Translations under genes and position numbers: made by a program
Assembly: GCF_009914755.1 (NCBI RefSeq)
Contig: NC_060937.1
DNA from: the human T2T-CHM13v2.0 reference genome, Homo sapiens
DNA length: 64,000 nt
Strand: one strand, 5' to 3'
In this document: positions 14,703-29,250 of the stretch, one piece after another
How positions within the stretch are numbered: the first letter of the stretch is position 1
Layout: each line of letters starts with the position of its first letter
The notes under the pieces: generated by a model
What the model was told of the DNA's origin: nothing
The model's database searches: none
The model's input: only the letters and a program-made list of their open reading frames with translations

Positions 14703-16179
14703 ATGTCTTCTCAATTTCTCTCCCTCTAATATGAAGACATTCTTATCAGTGTCTTGTCAGTTGTCTGTTCCAGGGTAATTTTTTCAGGATAAATGTCATT
14801 GAGCTGTGTATGCGTGTGCCTGTCTCTGTGGGTTAAGCATACATGGATTATTTTCTAAGGTCATTTCTGTAATGATACACAACTTGTGGCAATATTTACA
14901 GTGATTTTCTTCACAAATGTTTTTGCACAAATGTTTAAGCAGTCTAATATTTTTATTTCAGGAATTGGTTTTTGGGTTTCTGTAGCATTTGAGTACTGTT
15001 TCTAGGGGATGTTAACGGTTTTTAGGGAGTCCCTGCCATGCAATATTGGTTCAGTGAATGGATGAATAAACTTAGGTGAATGTATGTGGGTGGGGAGTGG
15101 GGGCGTTGTACTGTAATGAAAGTGGAAATGTAAAAAATATCATCTTAGCTTGTTTATGGAAGGGTCATTTATCTTGCAAAATTTTCTACCTTTAGCATTA
15201 CTGAGGAATTCATTTTGGTCCAAACCGACTTGGCAGAAGCATGGGCTTCCCTCAGCGTACTGCTTGCCGGTGCCTCCTGAGTTTTTTGGTTTGAGGGTGA
15301 GAAAGATGAAAGGTTATGAAAGTTCTGTCTTGTGAATATGCTGAAGATCAAATCATAAAGTGTCCACTCTGTTTATAATTTCACCTTTATTTTTCTAGGC
15401 CATTTACCAAGCCACCTGAAATTTGCTTTGTTTTAAATTATTGTTATTATTATTTACTGTTAGTCTTGTGCTTTATGTCTTTAAATTTAACTTCAGGTAT
15501 TTTTATGTAATTGATAATATTCTTTTGTCACTGTTTTGTGTGCCTTAGCATTTATTTCATGTCATATTTTCTTGCAGATTTATTTATTTGCTCTTTTTGA
15601 GTCACATTCCAGTGGAATCCAAGGTCCATAAAAACAAGGAATTGTCTGCCTTTTACTGCATTTTATATTCAGCACTTAGGTACTAGCATATAGTAGGTAT
15701 CCAATAAATATTCTTGCATAAATAAATCCTATAGACACTACTTTGCATGCTTTTCCATTTAGTGTCATGTCAGAAAAATGTTATCACATAATTAACAAGT
15801 CTTCTAAAATACTGCATAGGTCATTGCATAATAATTTATAGCTCTAACATAGTTTGCTTTAAATCAGTTCCTTCCTTTGGCTGATTTAGTTGCTTCTGTG
15901 TTTTATTACATACATAACACTGAAGGGAACATCTTCGTGTATAAATCTTTGTCCACATTTGTGTTCATTCCTTTATTCATATATTACTGTATTACTAGAA
16001 GAAGAATTAGTTACATTGATTTAGGTAATTTAAGGCTCTTAACATATAATGACATCAAAAGTATTCCAATTTATACTTTTTAAAATATAAATTTTCAAAG
16101 GGCCTTTTTCTCCTGGAATTTCATTCTTAATACTATTTTCTTCTCATTTTGTATTTACTCCCCTTGGCCATACCATCAA

Positions 16180-17130
16180 ATGCTCTTCTATTCTAGTCCT
16201 TCAGTTCCAGCGAGGGCTAATTTATGGCCTCTGCTCCAAGGTCTAACTCTGCATTTGTTAGATATCTGGTGGTTCCCCCGGTACCTCAAGATCACCATCT
16301 CCAAAAGTGTAATTATTTTTCCATCAAAACCTGCTCTTTGCTGTTCTGTTCCCTTTTGAGATAAATGAAGGTAAAATCTTTTCAGCACTCAAGCTGGAAT
16401 TGTGGGAGTGATCGTCAGTTCCTCCGTTTCCTCTTGATCCTCAGCTAACTTGTATATGCCCTTTGACTCTTGCGCTCCTGGCTGCAGCAGTGGCCTAAGC
16501 TTACTACCGTCTCCTTTCTGGACGATTGTATTACTGCCCTGTTGTAGCTCCTGTATCACTTTCCCCGTGTACATCATTCATACTGCCAAAGTTACCTCCC
16601 TGGAACGCCTGTTTTCTATTCCTTTCCTAAGTAAATTAAGTTCCTTCCAACTCTCCCGGTTACTTGTAGATCCTCCTTATTTAACAGGGGCTCTGTGTGC
16701 TCTGCCTAGTCCTTCCCTAGTCTGCCTTCTGTCATTTCCTGGGGATTTTTCTTCCTTCTCCTTCTTGGGTATCTTGACCTTTTGGAGCTCCACATGTCTG
16801 TCTTCCTCATTCACTCCTCTGTGGCTGCTCTCTGGCAGACTTCTTTGTCTAGAATACTGTCCCTCAGTTGTTCATTTAACATTCATCTTCAGATTCAGCT
16901 CTGGGAAGTCTTTCTTTACCTACCATTTCCCAACAACAACTTCCTTTTCTGTATAACCACCAGCAGTGTATAAGTACCTTGATAACGTAGTCTTCAATGT
17001 CATTTGTTGCTAATATTTATGTATATGTTTGTATCATAGACAGTATGAGTGTTATTTATCTTTGATCCCATGGCACTTACCATAAAGACTTGCAGAAAAG
17101 ATATTTAACAAATGTTAGTTGAACAAAGGA
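16180..17130 (+). mobile_element. Degenerate L2 fragment
   Basis: Pyrimidine-rich L2-like motifs ending in aaatgttagttgaa tail-like sequence. Confidence 0.5.
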
Positions 17131-17299
17131 ATATCTCAGGAGGAACGTACTTTGACTTGATGTCTTTTTGGTGTTCTTTCTTCCTGTTTCTGTCTGATAT
17201 TGTTTCCATTCAGTCTGAAGAACTTCAGCATCTTTTTAAATATGGATCTGCTCAGCTTTGGCTTATCAGAAAATGTCTATTTTGCCTTCCTTTTTAAAT

Positions 17300-18345
17300 A
17301 TTAAACCTTTTATTTTTATATAGTAATAATCTCACAGAACATGGCAAAAAAGAAGTTCACAGTTCCATGTACCCTTGCCCAGCTTCCCCAAAGGTGACAT
17401 CTTTTATAGCTTGTAGTACAATACCAAAACCAATAAATTGATACTGGTACGTACTAACGACCTTATTCACTGTTCACTGTATTTTAAACTGCAGGTGTGT
17501 GTGTGTGAGTGTGTAAAGTTCTCTGCAGTTTTAGCACATGTGTAGATTCTTATAACCGCTGCCACCTTCAAGATACAGTACTGTCCCATCACCACAAAAT
17601 CTCCCTTGTGCAATTTCTTTGTACCCTCAGCCATCCTATTCCTTGTCCCTGGCCCCTGTTCTTCATCTCTATTAGTTGTATCATTTTCAGAATGTTACAT
17701 ACATGAAATCATACCATATTTAACCTTTGTGATTACTTTTTTCACTAAGCAAAATGTCTTTGAGGTCTGTCCGGGTTGTTTTATGTATCAATTGTTCATT
17801 CCTTTGTATTGCTGAGCAGTTTACAATTGTATGGATATACCAGAGTTGGTTCAACAATCCACGCAAACAACATTTGCATTGTTTCTGCTATTTTGCTATT
17901 ATGAGTAAAGCTGCTATGGACATTTGTGTACAGGTTTTTCTATGAATATATTTTCTCTGGGATAAATACCCATGAATGTGATTATTGGAAAGTGAATCTT
18001 TAGTTTTGTAAGAATGTGCCAAACTATTTTCCAGAGTAGCTGTACTATTTTACATTTTCACCAGCAGTGTGTAAGTGATCCTTTTTTTTTTTTTTTTGCA
18101 TCCTCACCAGACTTTGGTATTATCACTGTTTATTTTAACTGTTCTAACCTGAATAATGATATCTCATTGTGGTTTTAATTTGCATTCTTCTAATGCCTAA
18201 TAATGTTGACCATCTTTTCTTCTGCTTATTTGCCGTCTGTATATCCTCTTTGGTGAAATGTTTATTTTTTTTTTGCTCATTTCATAATTGGATTGTTTAC
18301 TTTTTTTTTTAAAAAAAGCTAGTTTTGAGAGTTCTCTCTCTAGTT
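17300..18345 (-). mobile_element. L1MB/L1MC 3' end
   Basis: Antisense L1M 3'UTR and ORF2 C-terminus (gccaaactattttccagagtagctgtac, atctcattgtggttttaatttgcatt). Confidence 0.85.
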
Positions 18346-19057
18346 TTTTTCATTAGACAAAGAATCTTGTATGACAGTCATTTTCCCCACACCTCAGCAT
18401 TCTAAACATGTCAGTTCATCATATTCTGACTTTAATTATTTTTGATAAAATTTAGCCTTCTTAAATGTTGCCCTTATTGCAGTTTTCTGCAAGTCATATG
18501 TCTCATTTTCCTCTGGTTGCTTTGAGTATTTTCTCTTTGTCTTTGGTTTTTAGCAATTTGGCTATGATGTGCCTAGGTGTGATTTTTCTTTGTGTTTACT
18601 ATCTTTGGGTTTAATGAGCTTCTTCGATCTGTGGGTTGATGTCCTTCATTACATTTGGAAAATTATCAGATTATTATTTCTTAAGATATCTTTTATCCGG
18701 TTCTCTCCTTGTCTTCTGGGACTCCAGTATATTCAAGCCATTTATTATTTCTCAGCTCTTGGGCAGTTTCCTTGTTTGTTTTCCATTTTTCTCTCTCTGC
18801 AGCTCATAGAACCACCTTCTGCTATGTCCAGTTTTCTGTTAAGCTCATCGAATGAGTTCTTTCTTTCTGAAATTGTAATTTCCATTTCTAGCTTTTCTAT
18901 TTACCTATTTTGTTATTTTACTCTGATGAAATCTTCCAACTGCTCATGTTCACCTGCTCATCTTTCTCACTAAGTCTTTTAGTACATTTATCATAGTTAT
19001 GTCTACTGGTTGCAACATCAGGATCATATATGGATGTACCCTCTGTTGACTTTTTAA

Positions 19058-19401
<344 letters not shown>

Positions 19402-19409
19402 CCTTGATT

Positions 19410-20423
19410 TTTTGTTGTTGTTGTTGTTGTTGTTGTTTTTACGTTTTAGTCTTTTTTTTTTATTATACTTTAAGTTTTAGGGTACATGTGCACAACGTGC
19501 AGGTTTGTTACATATGTATATATGTGCCATGTTGGTGTGCTGCACCCATTAACTTGTCATTTAACATGTTAATGCTATCCCTCTGCCTTCCCCCAGAACA
19601 GGCCCCGGTGTGTGATGTTCCCCTTCCTGTGTCCATGTGTTCTCATTGTTCAATTCCCACCTATGAGTGAGAACGTGCGGTGTTTGGTTTTTTGTCCTTG
19701 CGATAGTTTGCTGAGAATGATAGTTTCCAGCTTCATCCATGTCCCTACAAAGGACATGAACTCGTCATTTTTTATGGCTGCATAGTATTCCATGGTGTAT
19801 ATGTGCCACATTTTCTTAATCCAGTCTATCATTGTTGGACATTTGGCCTGGTTCCAAGTCTTTGCTATTGTGAATAGTGCCGCAATAAACATACGTGTGC
19901 ATGTGTCTTTATAGCAGCATGATTTATAATCCTTTGGGTATATACCCAGTAATGGGATTGCTGGGTCAAATGGTATTTCTAGTTCAAGATCCCTGAGGAA
20001 TCGCCACACTGACTTCCACAATGGTTGAACTAGTTTACAGTCCCACCAACAGTGTAAAAGTGTTTCTGTTTCTCCACATCCTCTCCAGCACCTGTTGTTT
20101 CCTGACTTTCTAATGATCGCCATTCTAACCGGTATGAGATGGTATCTCATTGTGGTTTTGATTTGCATTTCTCTGATGGCCAGTGATGATGAGCGTTTTT
20201 TCATGTGTCTTTTGGCTGCATAAATGTCTTCTTTTGAGAAGTGTCTGTTCATATCCTTTGCCCACTTTTTGATGGGGTTGTTTTTTTCTTGTAAATTTGT
20301 TTGAGTTCATTGTAGATTCTGGATATTAGCCCTTTGTCAGATGAGTAGATTGCAAAAATTTTCTCCCATTCTGTAGTGCCTCTTCACTCTGATGGTAGTT
20401 CCTTTTGCTGTGCAGAAGCTCTT
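19410..20423 (-). mobile_element. 5'-truncated young L1PA (PA3/PA4-like), ~1 kb
   Basis: L1 3'UTR plus ORF2 C-terminus open for 200 aa (ORF 19650-20252, HCWWDC...SLIGGN*); tail degenerated to (TTG)n; TSD about ggccccttgatttttt / ggcccgatgatttttt. Confidence 0.95.
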
Positions 20424-20825
20424 CGGCCCGATGATTTTTTATTGTTTGCTGGACATTAAGAACAAGAAAGACTGAGGAATATCTATCCCGGCAAAAGGCT
20501 TGCTCTTCCTTTTGTCACACTGTTAATGAGGGGGACTGAGCTGGATCTGGGCTTTGAAGTAGCATTAATTAGAGTCAGTTTACCATTGGATTCACATAGT
20601 TTGAGAGTGGGATCATGAGTTTGTTTTCGGCAGTTTTCACTCCGAACCCCAGTAAGATCTTGGAGATCTCTTTATGCTTCAGAGCCAAGCTGCCAGCTTC
20701 CTGAGTGGTGGGAGATTTCTCTTTGTTTTATAGCTTGGCTGCTAGCCTTTCTGGACAGTGGTGAGTTATTTATACTCTTTCGATGGCTTTCAGCTCCTCA
20801 GAAGGTATCTCTTTGCCCTGCTCTT

Positions 20826-21128
20826 TTTAATTTTATTTATTATTATTTATTTTTTGAGACGGAGTCTCGCTCTGTTGCCCAGACTGGAGTGCACTGGCAC
20901 GATCTTGGCTCGCTGCATCCTCTGTCTCCAGGGTTCAAACGATTCTCCTGCCTTAGCCTCATGAGTAGCTGGGATTACACATGCATGCCACCGCGCCTGG
21001 CTAATTTTTGTATTTTTAGTAGAGACAGGGCTTCGCCATGTTGGTCTCGAACTCCTGACCTCGGGTGATTCACCCGTCTTGGTCTCCCAAAGTGCTGGGA
21101 TTACAGGCGTCAGCCGCTGCGCCTGGCC
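20826..21128 (-). mobile_element. AluS with perfect 12-bp TSD
   Basis: TSD tgccctgctctt at 20814-20825 and 21129-21140; small internal deletion (catgttgg^tctcgaac). Confidence 0.94.
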
Positions 21129-21140
21129 TGCCCTGCTCTT

Positions 21141-21344
21141 CTTTTCATTTCTTTTTTTTTTTTTTTTTTTTGAGACGGAGTCTTGCTCTGTCACCCAGGC
21201 TGGAGTGCAGTGGCTGATCTCGACTCACAGCAACCTCTGCCTCCTGAGTTCAAGCAGTTCTCCTGCCTCAGCCTCTGGTGAAGCTGGGATTACAGGTGCC
21301 TGCCACCAAGCCCGGCTAATTTTCTGTATTTTTTGTAGAGATGG
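21141..21344 (-). mobile_element. Alu right arm plus linker, left arm lost
   Basis: Antisense right monomer; sequence breaks off at gtagagatgg. Confidence 0.9.
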
Positions 21345-22225
21345 TAAAAGCTGATTTCTGTCCACTTACTTGCCTTCCTCCTGGTGTCAGGCTGCTGCTC
21401 TGCATCTAGGGACTTCACAGGTGCCTGACGTGACATAGGGGCTCTCTCAGCTCTCCTGCCCTAGCACCTTGTGCACTACCCATGTGTATTTGATTAAGGC
21501 CCACAGGAAAGAGTTGGCAAGTGGATGCAGATTTGCTGTGTTTTGGGGCTCCTGGAGATTCTAATCTATCATTTCAGCTCACATGGAGACATTAAAAGTT
21601 TGTTAACAGTTCAGCTGGTATCTTCTTACCCTTATCTATTGGCAGATTCTTTGTCTTTCCACCACTTTGCCACAGATGAAAACAGCTGTGGATTACTACT
21701 TTGCCTATGAAGGCCTTCTTGATATCTGATATTTACTTCCTGTAGGTTTCTTTGTGTTCTATCCACATTTTCTAAATCCTGGGGCAAATTGTCTCTGTGT
21801 AATGTTATAGAATGGAGGTTACAGTCATCCCATGGGATTTGATTCATTGAGGCAAAGTGGATAAAATATTTCCAAAAGGCATCATTTCTAAGTGGACTGG
21901 GGAGTTCACACCTTGGCTTTGCCACTTAGAGCTTTGTAGTAGTATTCAGTTACTCTCTGAAAGTACTGCTTTGTTAATTGGAGGTTAAAACACCCACATC
22001 TGTCATCCTCTTTGGGCTCCGAAGATTAAATGATGCAGAAGTACAAAGTAAACTTCCCAGGGCTTGAGTGGTTTGACTAGGATTACTGTAGGAAAGATTT
22101 TGAGATTTACCTTTAATGGTAGAGTGGGCAGTAAGGTGAGTGGGATGGATACAGGATGGCTTTACATTTCCTGAGCTGTCTTTACAGCAAGATTATATTT
22201 CATTTCAAATAAAAGAAGAGAAGGC

Positions 22226-22450
22226 TAGTGGTTAAAAGCATGGTCTCTGAAAAAAGGTTTTCTAGGTTTGACTCTCAACTCTATTATGTACTGTGTGACC
22301 TGGGGCAAGCCACTTCACTTCTCTGTTTCTTAGTTCCTTTGTTTGTAAAATGGGGATATTAATAGTTCCTACTTCATAGGATTGCTATGAGGACCAAGTG
22401 AGAGGCTAAGAATGTAAAGCAGAGTTCTGGCTCAGCATGGCAGGCTCAGT
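22226..22450 (+). mobile_element. MIR
   Basis: tagtggttaaaagcatggtctctg..ctgtgtgacctggggcaag..tgtaaaatggggatattaatagttcctacttcatagg. Confidence 0.85.
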
Positions 22451-23959
22451 AGCAGTGAAGTACATTGCTTCTCATTTTTTCCTTTCTGGTTGCTCTCATG
22501 TCAGGGCAGGGCAGAGACAATCCTGGTTAGCTTTTCATCCCAGCAGAGAATTCAGATACAAATCCTGATTAAGAAGGTGTATTTAGTAAGATGTTTCACA
22601 ATGCTCATGGGAGCTGGGGTGTCTCCGTTCTGCTGTTGGTTGGTTAGTACTGGAGGCCAGATGTTTTAGCTCCTCTTTCATGACTTTAATCTTGTGTTGG
22701 ATTCATCACCAAAAGACGAACAGGAGCATCCGCTCTGCATTACTTATTACCTCCAAGAAGAAACACTGTCGCAGCACTGTAGAATGTTAATGTCTCTTCC
22801 CTACACACCCTCTCTCCACCTCTCCACTTCTGTCTTTCCTCCTTTCCTTAGTTGTGGGAATGTGGTATATAGTCAGGGTGATTTCTTTGTGGCAGGGTAG
22901 AGATGATTAGCAATTTGGTTCTCTTAGGTTGAAAATGCTTACATTTATAGGTTATATAGTAGATAGAGCCATGCTGTGTTGAAATCTCATGGTTTTGTGG
23001 GTTTATATAGTGTATTTTCAGCACTTTTAGGTGCAATAACATTCACTTGCTTTCAGATGTATTTTAAAAATTGCTGATTACTTTTGTATTAAGATTTGAG
23101 GTCATTAATTTTAAGCAGATTGATAAAAATGGTACTTAATCTCTGTGTATTTGGTATGTGAATTACGTAGCATTTATTTTAGGAAATTTCCATGGAATTC
23201 CATTTATCTCAGCAGTTTTGAGGGGAGAAGATAATACTGTAGATGTAACTTACTGGAGTGCTTTAATTTTAATTCTGTTGACTGTCTCTGTGTATAGGTT
23301 TATTACCACTTTAATTTCTTCAGTTTACTTTGTATGTGGAGTTCTATAGTCATTTAATCATTATTCCTGTGCTCAAAGGTTCTACAGAGATGAGGCCTGC
23401 CTTTGGGCTCTTCTAGACTTTGAAAGAAGCATCTTGTCACTGGAGTATGGATGATGGGGGATGATGGAGAGGATAGGGGCAGAATCTGGATCTTGGTACC
23501 CTCCTGCCTTCAGGGTTGACAGATTCAGCTGGCATTTTATGCAGAATTCAAGTTATTAACAGAAAACTCTACAAGAGCAAATGAAGCTTTAGTTAAATAA
23601 ACATGAGGATTTCAAATATCAGAATATCAACTGTTTGGAATATCTACATTCCTGTACCCTTTCAGTGAGTAAATTGGCCATAATTATCTTTATTTGTAGA
23701 AAACAAAGAGGTGCTGGTTCAGGGATATGTGATATATTGGCCACTGGCCTCAAGCATGAGTTTTGTCATTTGGAGACAGATCAGTGCTGCCACCTAACCT
23801 CAAAGAATGAGGATGTGGCCTGTCATCTGCATACACAAATGCAAAGATATCATCACTTCCTTTTTGCCAAGAGTGGGCTGAGTAAATTTGCCAGATTGTG
23901 GTGATTGTGCTTGTCTGCCGACAGGGAGCATGTTTTGCTTTTAGTTGTCCAGGGATAAT

Positions 23960-24190
23960 AACTGCCGGTTATTAAATGCCTCTGCTACCTTGCTGTGTTC
24001 TTTGTCCATAAGACTTCATCCTCCCCTTCACATTTTAAGGGGAGGTATGGTTAGCTTTATTTTTATAAAAGGGGAGCTTGAGACTCAAACAGTACTAACT
24101 CTTCCAAGGTCCAGAGCTTTTCGATGGTAGTTCCGGGGTGGAACTCAGATCTCTGACCCCCATACCTCTGATCTTTCCCCTTTACCATGC
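23960..24190 (-). mobile_element. MIR (degenerate)
   Basis: Antisense MIR core (ttgagactca..taactcttccaaggtc..gaactcagatctctgac). Confidence 0.55.
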
Positions 24191-25516
24191 AGCCTCTGGG
24201 CTTCAGAAAATGTTTCCTACAGGATTATATTGGATGCCACTGATTAAATGATTACTGCTACTTAATTAATTGGAGATAGAATTTGATGCTAGAAATGTTT
24301 TTGGCAATAATGAGTTACTTAGGTGACTGAACTTTTACATTTATTTCTAGGAGGTCATTTTTTCCTTGTTTTTGTTCGTTTGTATCTTCTCTCATAAATT
24401 GTAGTATTCTTGTGGCATGATGGTGGGCCATTTAGTTCCCTGATTACTTTAGATATAGTGAGTTAGGTTTTGACTAGAGGCTCAGGAGCTTTGAATGTAG
24501 ACATGTTGTAAAAATGGTACTGCTGTGTTTGTCAGTTTTGTTTGAACACATAGGATCCCCTGTGGGTACAGGTTTATGAATCTCTTTGTTATAGTGGCCA
24601 CTATTATACTTTATCCTCAGAGAGAGAAAAAGAAAAACTGAAGTTATTTGTTGAATTGCACATGAAATCTTTATGTCAGGTTTAGTATTATAGAGGTAAT
24701 TTTGAAATATAGTTTGATTTTGGAGTATTTAAAAATTGTCATGGTAATAATGAAAAAAATACCTCTGCAATGCAGTATTTACATCTTGCTATTTCTATTT
24801 GATAATGTACAGATTTTCTGTATATTTCGTGCACTTATGTCATGATTTTCATTATTTTCTTTGTCCAAATGTAAGACTCAACACATTTAATGAAACTAAG
24901 TGGAAATCCTGATCTGGTTATGATCTAACCCGTTGGTATCCAACAGATTGCTGACTGTGTAGTATTTTAGCCCAGGATATTTGTCACCTGATTTTTAAGT
25001 CTGAGCTTGAAGAGGAAGGCGATAAGGGCCCATGGGGAGGTAAGAGTAACTGCTGTTGGTACCTCTGTTAAATTTGTCTTTCTCCTGAAATAGCTGTGGA
25101 AGTGTGGAGCTGCAGGTATAAGCTGAAGGTAAAAAAGACAGCACTATTCTTCTTCTGGCCAGTTGTAGAAAGCTCAGCAGCTTCTTGTGTCGGGGCCTGG
25201 GTGGTACCTTTTGTAGGGGTTGGACTGTAGTTAATGTGAGGACAGATTAGAAAATCTGGATTCAGAGAGCAAGGTGAGGCTGGAAGTTAAAGGTGTTCCA
25301 GCACCTGAACAGGAACCAGGTGAATATTCAGGAATCAAGGTAGGTCAAATCAAGGAAATAAAAACACAAATAACTAGTTGTTTGGTTGAGCAGGTGCTCA
25401 GGAGGCAATAGGAAGTCAGAGACCAGGGATGGGATATAGGCATGGGAGAAAGGCAGAGACTCAAACCAGTAAAGGATATAAAGCAACTTTAAGCACAGTT
25501 AAGAAAACCTCTTTTG

Positions 25517-25666
25517 GGCTGTGTGTGGTGGTTCACACCTATAATCTTGGCATTTGGGAGGCTGAGGCAGGAGGATCACTTGAGGCCAGAGTTTGAGACC
25601 AGCCTGGGCAGCACAGTGAGACTCTGTGTCTCTCTACTAAAAATATTTGTAAAAAACTTTAAAAAA
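25517..25666 (+). mobile_element. FLAM_C-like free left Alu monomer
   Basis: Single monomer with A-rich tail; TSD core aaacctctttt on both sides (25505-25515, 25670-25680). Confidence 0.88.
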
Positions 25667-26029
25667 GGGAAACCTCTTTTATACTTATTTATGATGGCCT
25701 GTGAACAACTTCAAGGATTTTCTGGTTGGAGACAGGATGGTGGGGCCAAAGCTAAGGGTAATGCCCTGGTTTGGTTGCTGAAATTAAGGAAAGAAAGACA
25801 TTTGTCTACCAGGTGATTCATAGGTGGCATGATAAACAGTAGTTTAATGTATAGAGTTGAGAAGACAAAACACAGGCCTCTGAAGGTAAATCCCAGTGGA
25901 AAGTAGCATGTGTTGGGTTTCACACTGGTGATACTCCTAGTGAGTTCTGTTGGAGTTAGGAGGGTGGGGTGATCTAGCTAGGTTGGTGTGGTCCTGCAGC
26001 CGTAGTGAAGAAGATAGAGTCAGTCATAG

Positions 26030-26280
26030 AAGGAGTGGAGTTTGGAATAAACCTTGGGACTTAGGTGAGATAGATGTAGGTGAGTGTGTCTTCCACCTGT
26101 ATTTACTGTGTGATTTTTTTTGGATGAGTCTTCCATTAGACTGTTTCCTAATTTGCAAGATAGTTAAACTAATTCCTACCTTGCAGGTGTCAAGGTTGTA
26201 GGGGATTAAATGAGATGATTTATGTGAAAGCCCTTTGTAAATGGCACTGTGGATTCAGATGTAAGTTGTTATTAATAAAT
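26030..26280 (+). mobile_element. MIR (degenerate)
   Basis: cctaccttgcaggtgt..ggattaaatgagatgatttatgtgaaagc matches the MIR 3' core. Confidence 0.6.
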
Positions 26281-28264
26281 TGCCAGTTGCAATGGGGAGC
26301 CTGTTGGATAAGAGCTTTAATTCATTCATCATATGTAAATGAGGTGGTACTCTTTGCAATCAAAGCTGTTTAATGAAGGTCATGATTAGGGGGAAAGAGT
26401 CAGGCGGCTGTTTTTAAGTAAGGTTGGTGTATGCCTGAGATTTCACTTATAAACTTATAAATACATAATTAGTATTGAAAATTACTGTTTAATGTGCATC
26501 CGAAGTGCTTTGCATTTTTTTGGTTGATAAAAATAAATGTATTTGAAGAGTAAGTTACTGAACTATAAAAAAAAGAAGGAGTCCATTTAGTAGCAAAATT
26601 ACACGATGCTTCTCATTCTACATTCTGAAATAGGCTATTTTTAGCATCTCTTTGAATCAGGGATGAATTCTAGTTATAGGGTTCAGTAATTAAAGCAGAG
26701 AAAAATACAAAGTAGTTTGGGCAAGAAAATCTTTTTACTTGGGTTGGATTTGTTTCAAGGTTTAAACTGTCATCTCAAGGGCCTCCCTGGAAGCCACTGT
26801 TTTTGTAATCTTTGTGGGGTCAAGAGCAACAGAAAGTGCCAAAAGATCAGCCAAGGACACAGTGTCCCACTTTTTTAGAACAGGGGAGTTTTAAAACTTC
26901 TGGAATCCTGGTATTTCATAACTGGTGATCTTGTATCTGTGTTCTCTGCACAATCCTGGACAGAGGCGCCAGGGTCCTTTGGTCTCTCCCTGTCTTTCCT
27001 GTCCTCAGGCCCTTCCTTCTGGTCAGTGCTTCCACCCTCAGGACCTCTGCCCCTCTGTCCAGCTGCCCTGCTGGCCCCTGGTTTTCCTCCAGTTCTCAGG
27101 CTGCCTTTGAGTATTGCTAAAGAAAACTGCTTAATGATGCCCTTGGTACCAGTCCACATTTGTATTTAATGATGGTAGATTATTCAGAATGTTGCTGAAT
27201 AGCTTCTTTACTTGGTTCTAGTCAGCAGTCTTTGCTCAAGCTGGAAGCCTTGTTTTATCATGAGAAAGTTATTATTATTTTATCTTTTTATGCCCGTTAC
27301 AAAGAAGCTCATTAACTGTTTGGTGGAGTTGAAACAACTGTTGATTCAAATTCTCATGCTCATGCTTGTGTGGCACTTAAAAGTGGTGATCACAGAGGCA
27401 ACTCAGGGTCACTAAATACGGGGCAAGTTCAGCTTTTCTAGTTGAAGTAGATTAGGAAGATGCATTTTTTTTTAAACCTCTGCATTTGGGGAAAAAAAAT
27501 AACTTTCACAAATGTTTTTGAGTGTTGTCTATGTGCCAAGTATTGTGCCAAGTGCTGGAATTAAAAAGAAAAAGATTTGTCACAGTGAAGAATGGAATTA
27601 GGGATCAAAGTATTAGGATCCACAGGTGGCTGCCCGGGGCCAGACCTGTCTACTGTGAACATTAAAAAACGAAGCTTAACTGTTACCCGAAGGCAGAAAC
27701 ATCGATTAGATAATCGAGTTTTCCTTTGGAAACCAATTATATTTACTACGGATTTCTAACCATTTTCAACCTCTAAATTTTTTTATTTCTAGTAGTTCAC
27801 TTTTTGTTGTGGTAATGAATAACTAGGCAAATGCAAGAGTAGAACTCAATTTGAACTTAAATCATCTTGGTTTTAGGTTTTTGTTTGCTCATTTGTTTAC
27901 TATTTGTTTTGTTCTGAATCCACATTGATTGAGAGGGTGCCATGAATTCCTTTCTGTGTGAAACCCTGGGATTGGTACTGAGATGCAGTGAACATGCCCC
28001 AGCTCTGGTGGGTTGTTCAGGCTGGTGGGGCGGCACCTGGTGGTGCAGTAACAGTACTTGGTGCTCTTTATTGCTTGCTAAATGAGGTAGACGGCTCTTC
28101 CCATGGGTTAGCTCATTTAATTCTCACAGTCTAATTTTTGTAGTTAGGGAAACTTAGGTTTAAATAAACTGCTCAGAGTTTTCTGTAGCCTCACAGGAGA
28201 CAGACAGGTGGATACACACACACTTTATTTCAGGAGCAAGTTCTCCATCTGGAGCTGTTTGACT

Positions 28265-28657
<393 letters not shown>

Positions 28658-28793
28658 TGATAAGAGTTTATCTTCATGTTGACTTTGTATACTCTTTGCA
28701 TCTCAAAGGACAGAAATCAGTCTCTTGGTGTCACTGTTCCTCTCTTGTTTACTGCAGCTGGAACCAGTCTTCTGTCATAGCACTTTCCATGCT

Positions 28794-29143
28794 CAGTAGT
28801 CCCCCCATATCCGAGGTTTCACTTACCGCAGTTTCAGTTACTGGCAGTCACCTGTGGTCTGAAAATATTAAGATAATTTTGTGCATGCACATGAGAGAGA
28901 GACCACATTCATGTGACTTTTATTACAGTATGTTGGTGTAATTGTTCTATTTTATTATGAGTTATTGTTAGTCTTACTGTGCCTAATTTATAAGTTAAAT
29001 GTGCCTAATTTATAAAATAAGTTATCATAGGTATGTCTGTATAGGAGAAAATTTAGTATATAGGGTTTAGTACTATCCGCAGTTTTAGGCATCTGCTGAG
29101 TGTCTTGGACTGTATACCTCTCAGATGGTAGGGAGGGTTCCTG
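28794..29143 (+). mobile_element. MER44A-like (Tigger7-derived) DNA transposon
   Basis: Starts cagtagtccccccatatccgaggtttcac; degenerate opposite TIR near 29143; internal short duplication tgtgcctaatttataa. Confidence 0.82.
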
Positions 29144-29250
29144 TGTCTCTCCACTTAACACTTTCTAGCTTGTGGTGTGGTATTTTTTGATATAATGCTT
29201 TACGTTTGTGTGATTCATAGTTATATTTCTAATGCCTAATAGTGGGCTAG

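Noticed and set aside
16450-16956. 168-aa ORF
   Set aside because: Ser/Leu/Phe-rich translation of pyrimidine-rich degenerate L2, with a non-ATG start and no recognisable domain.
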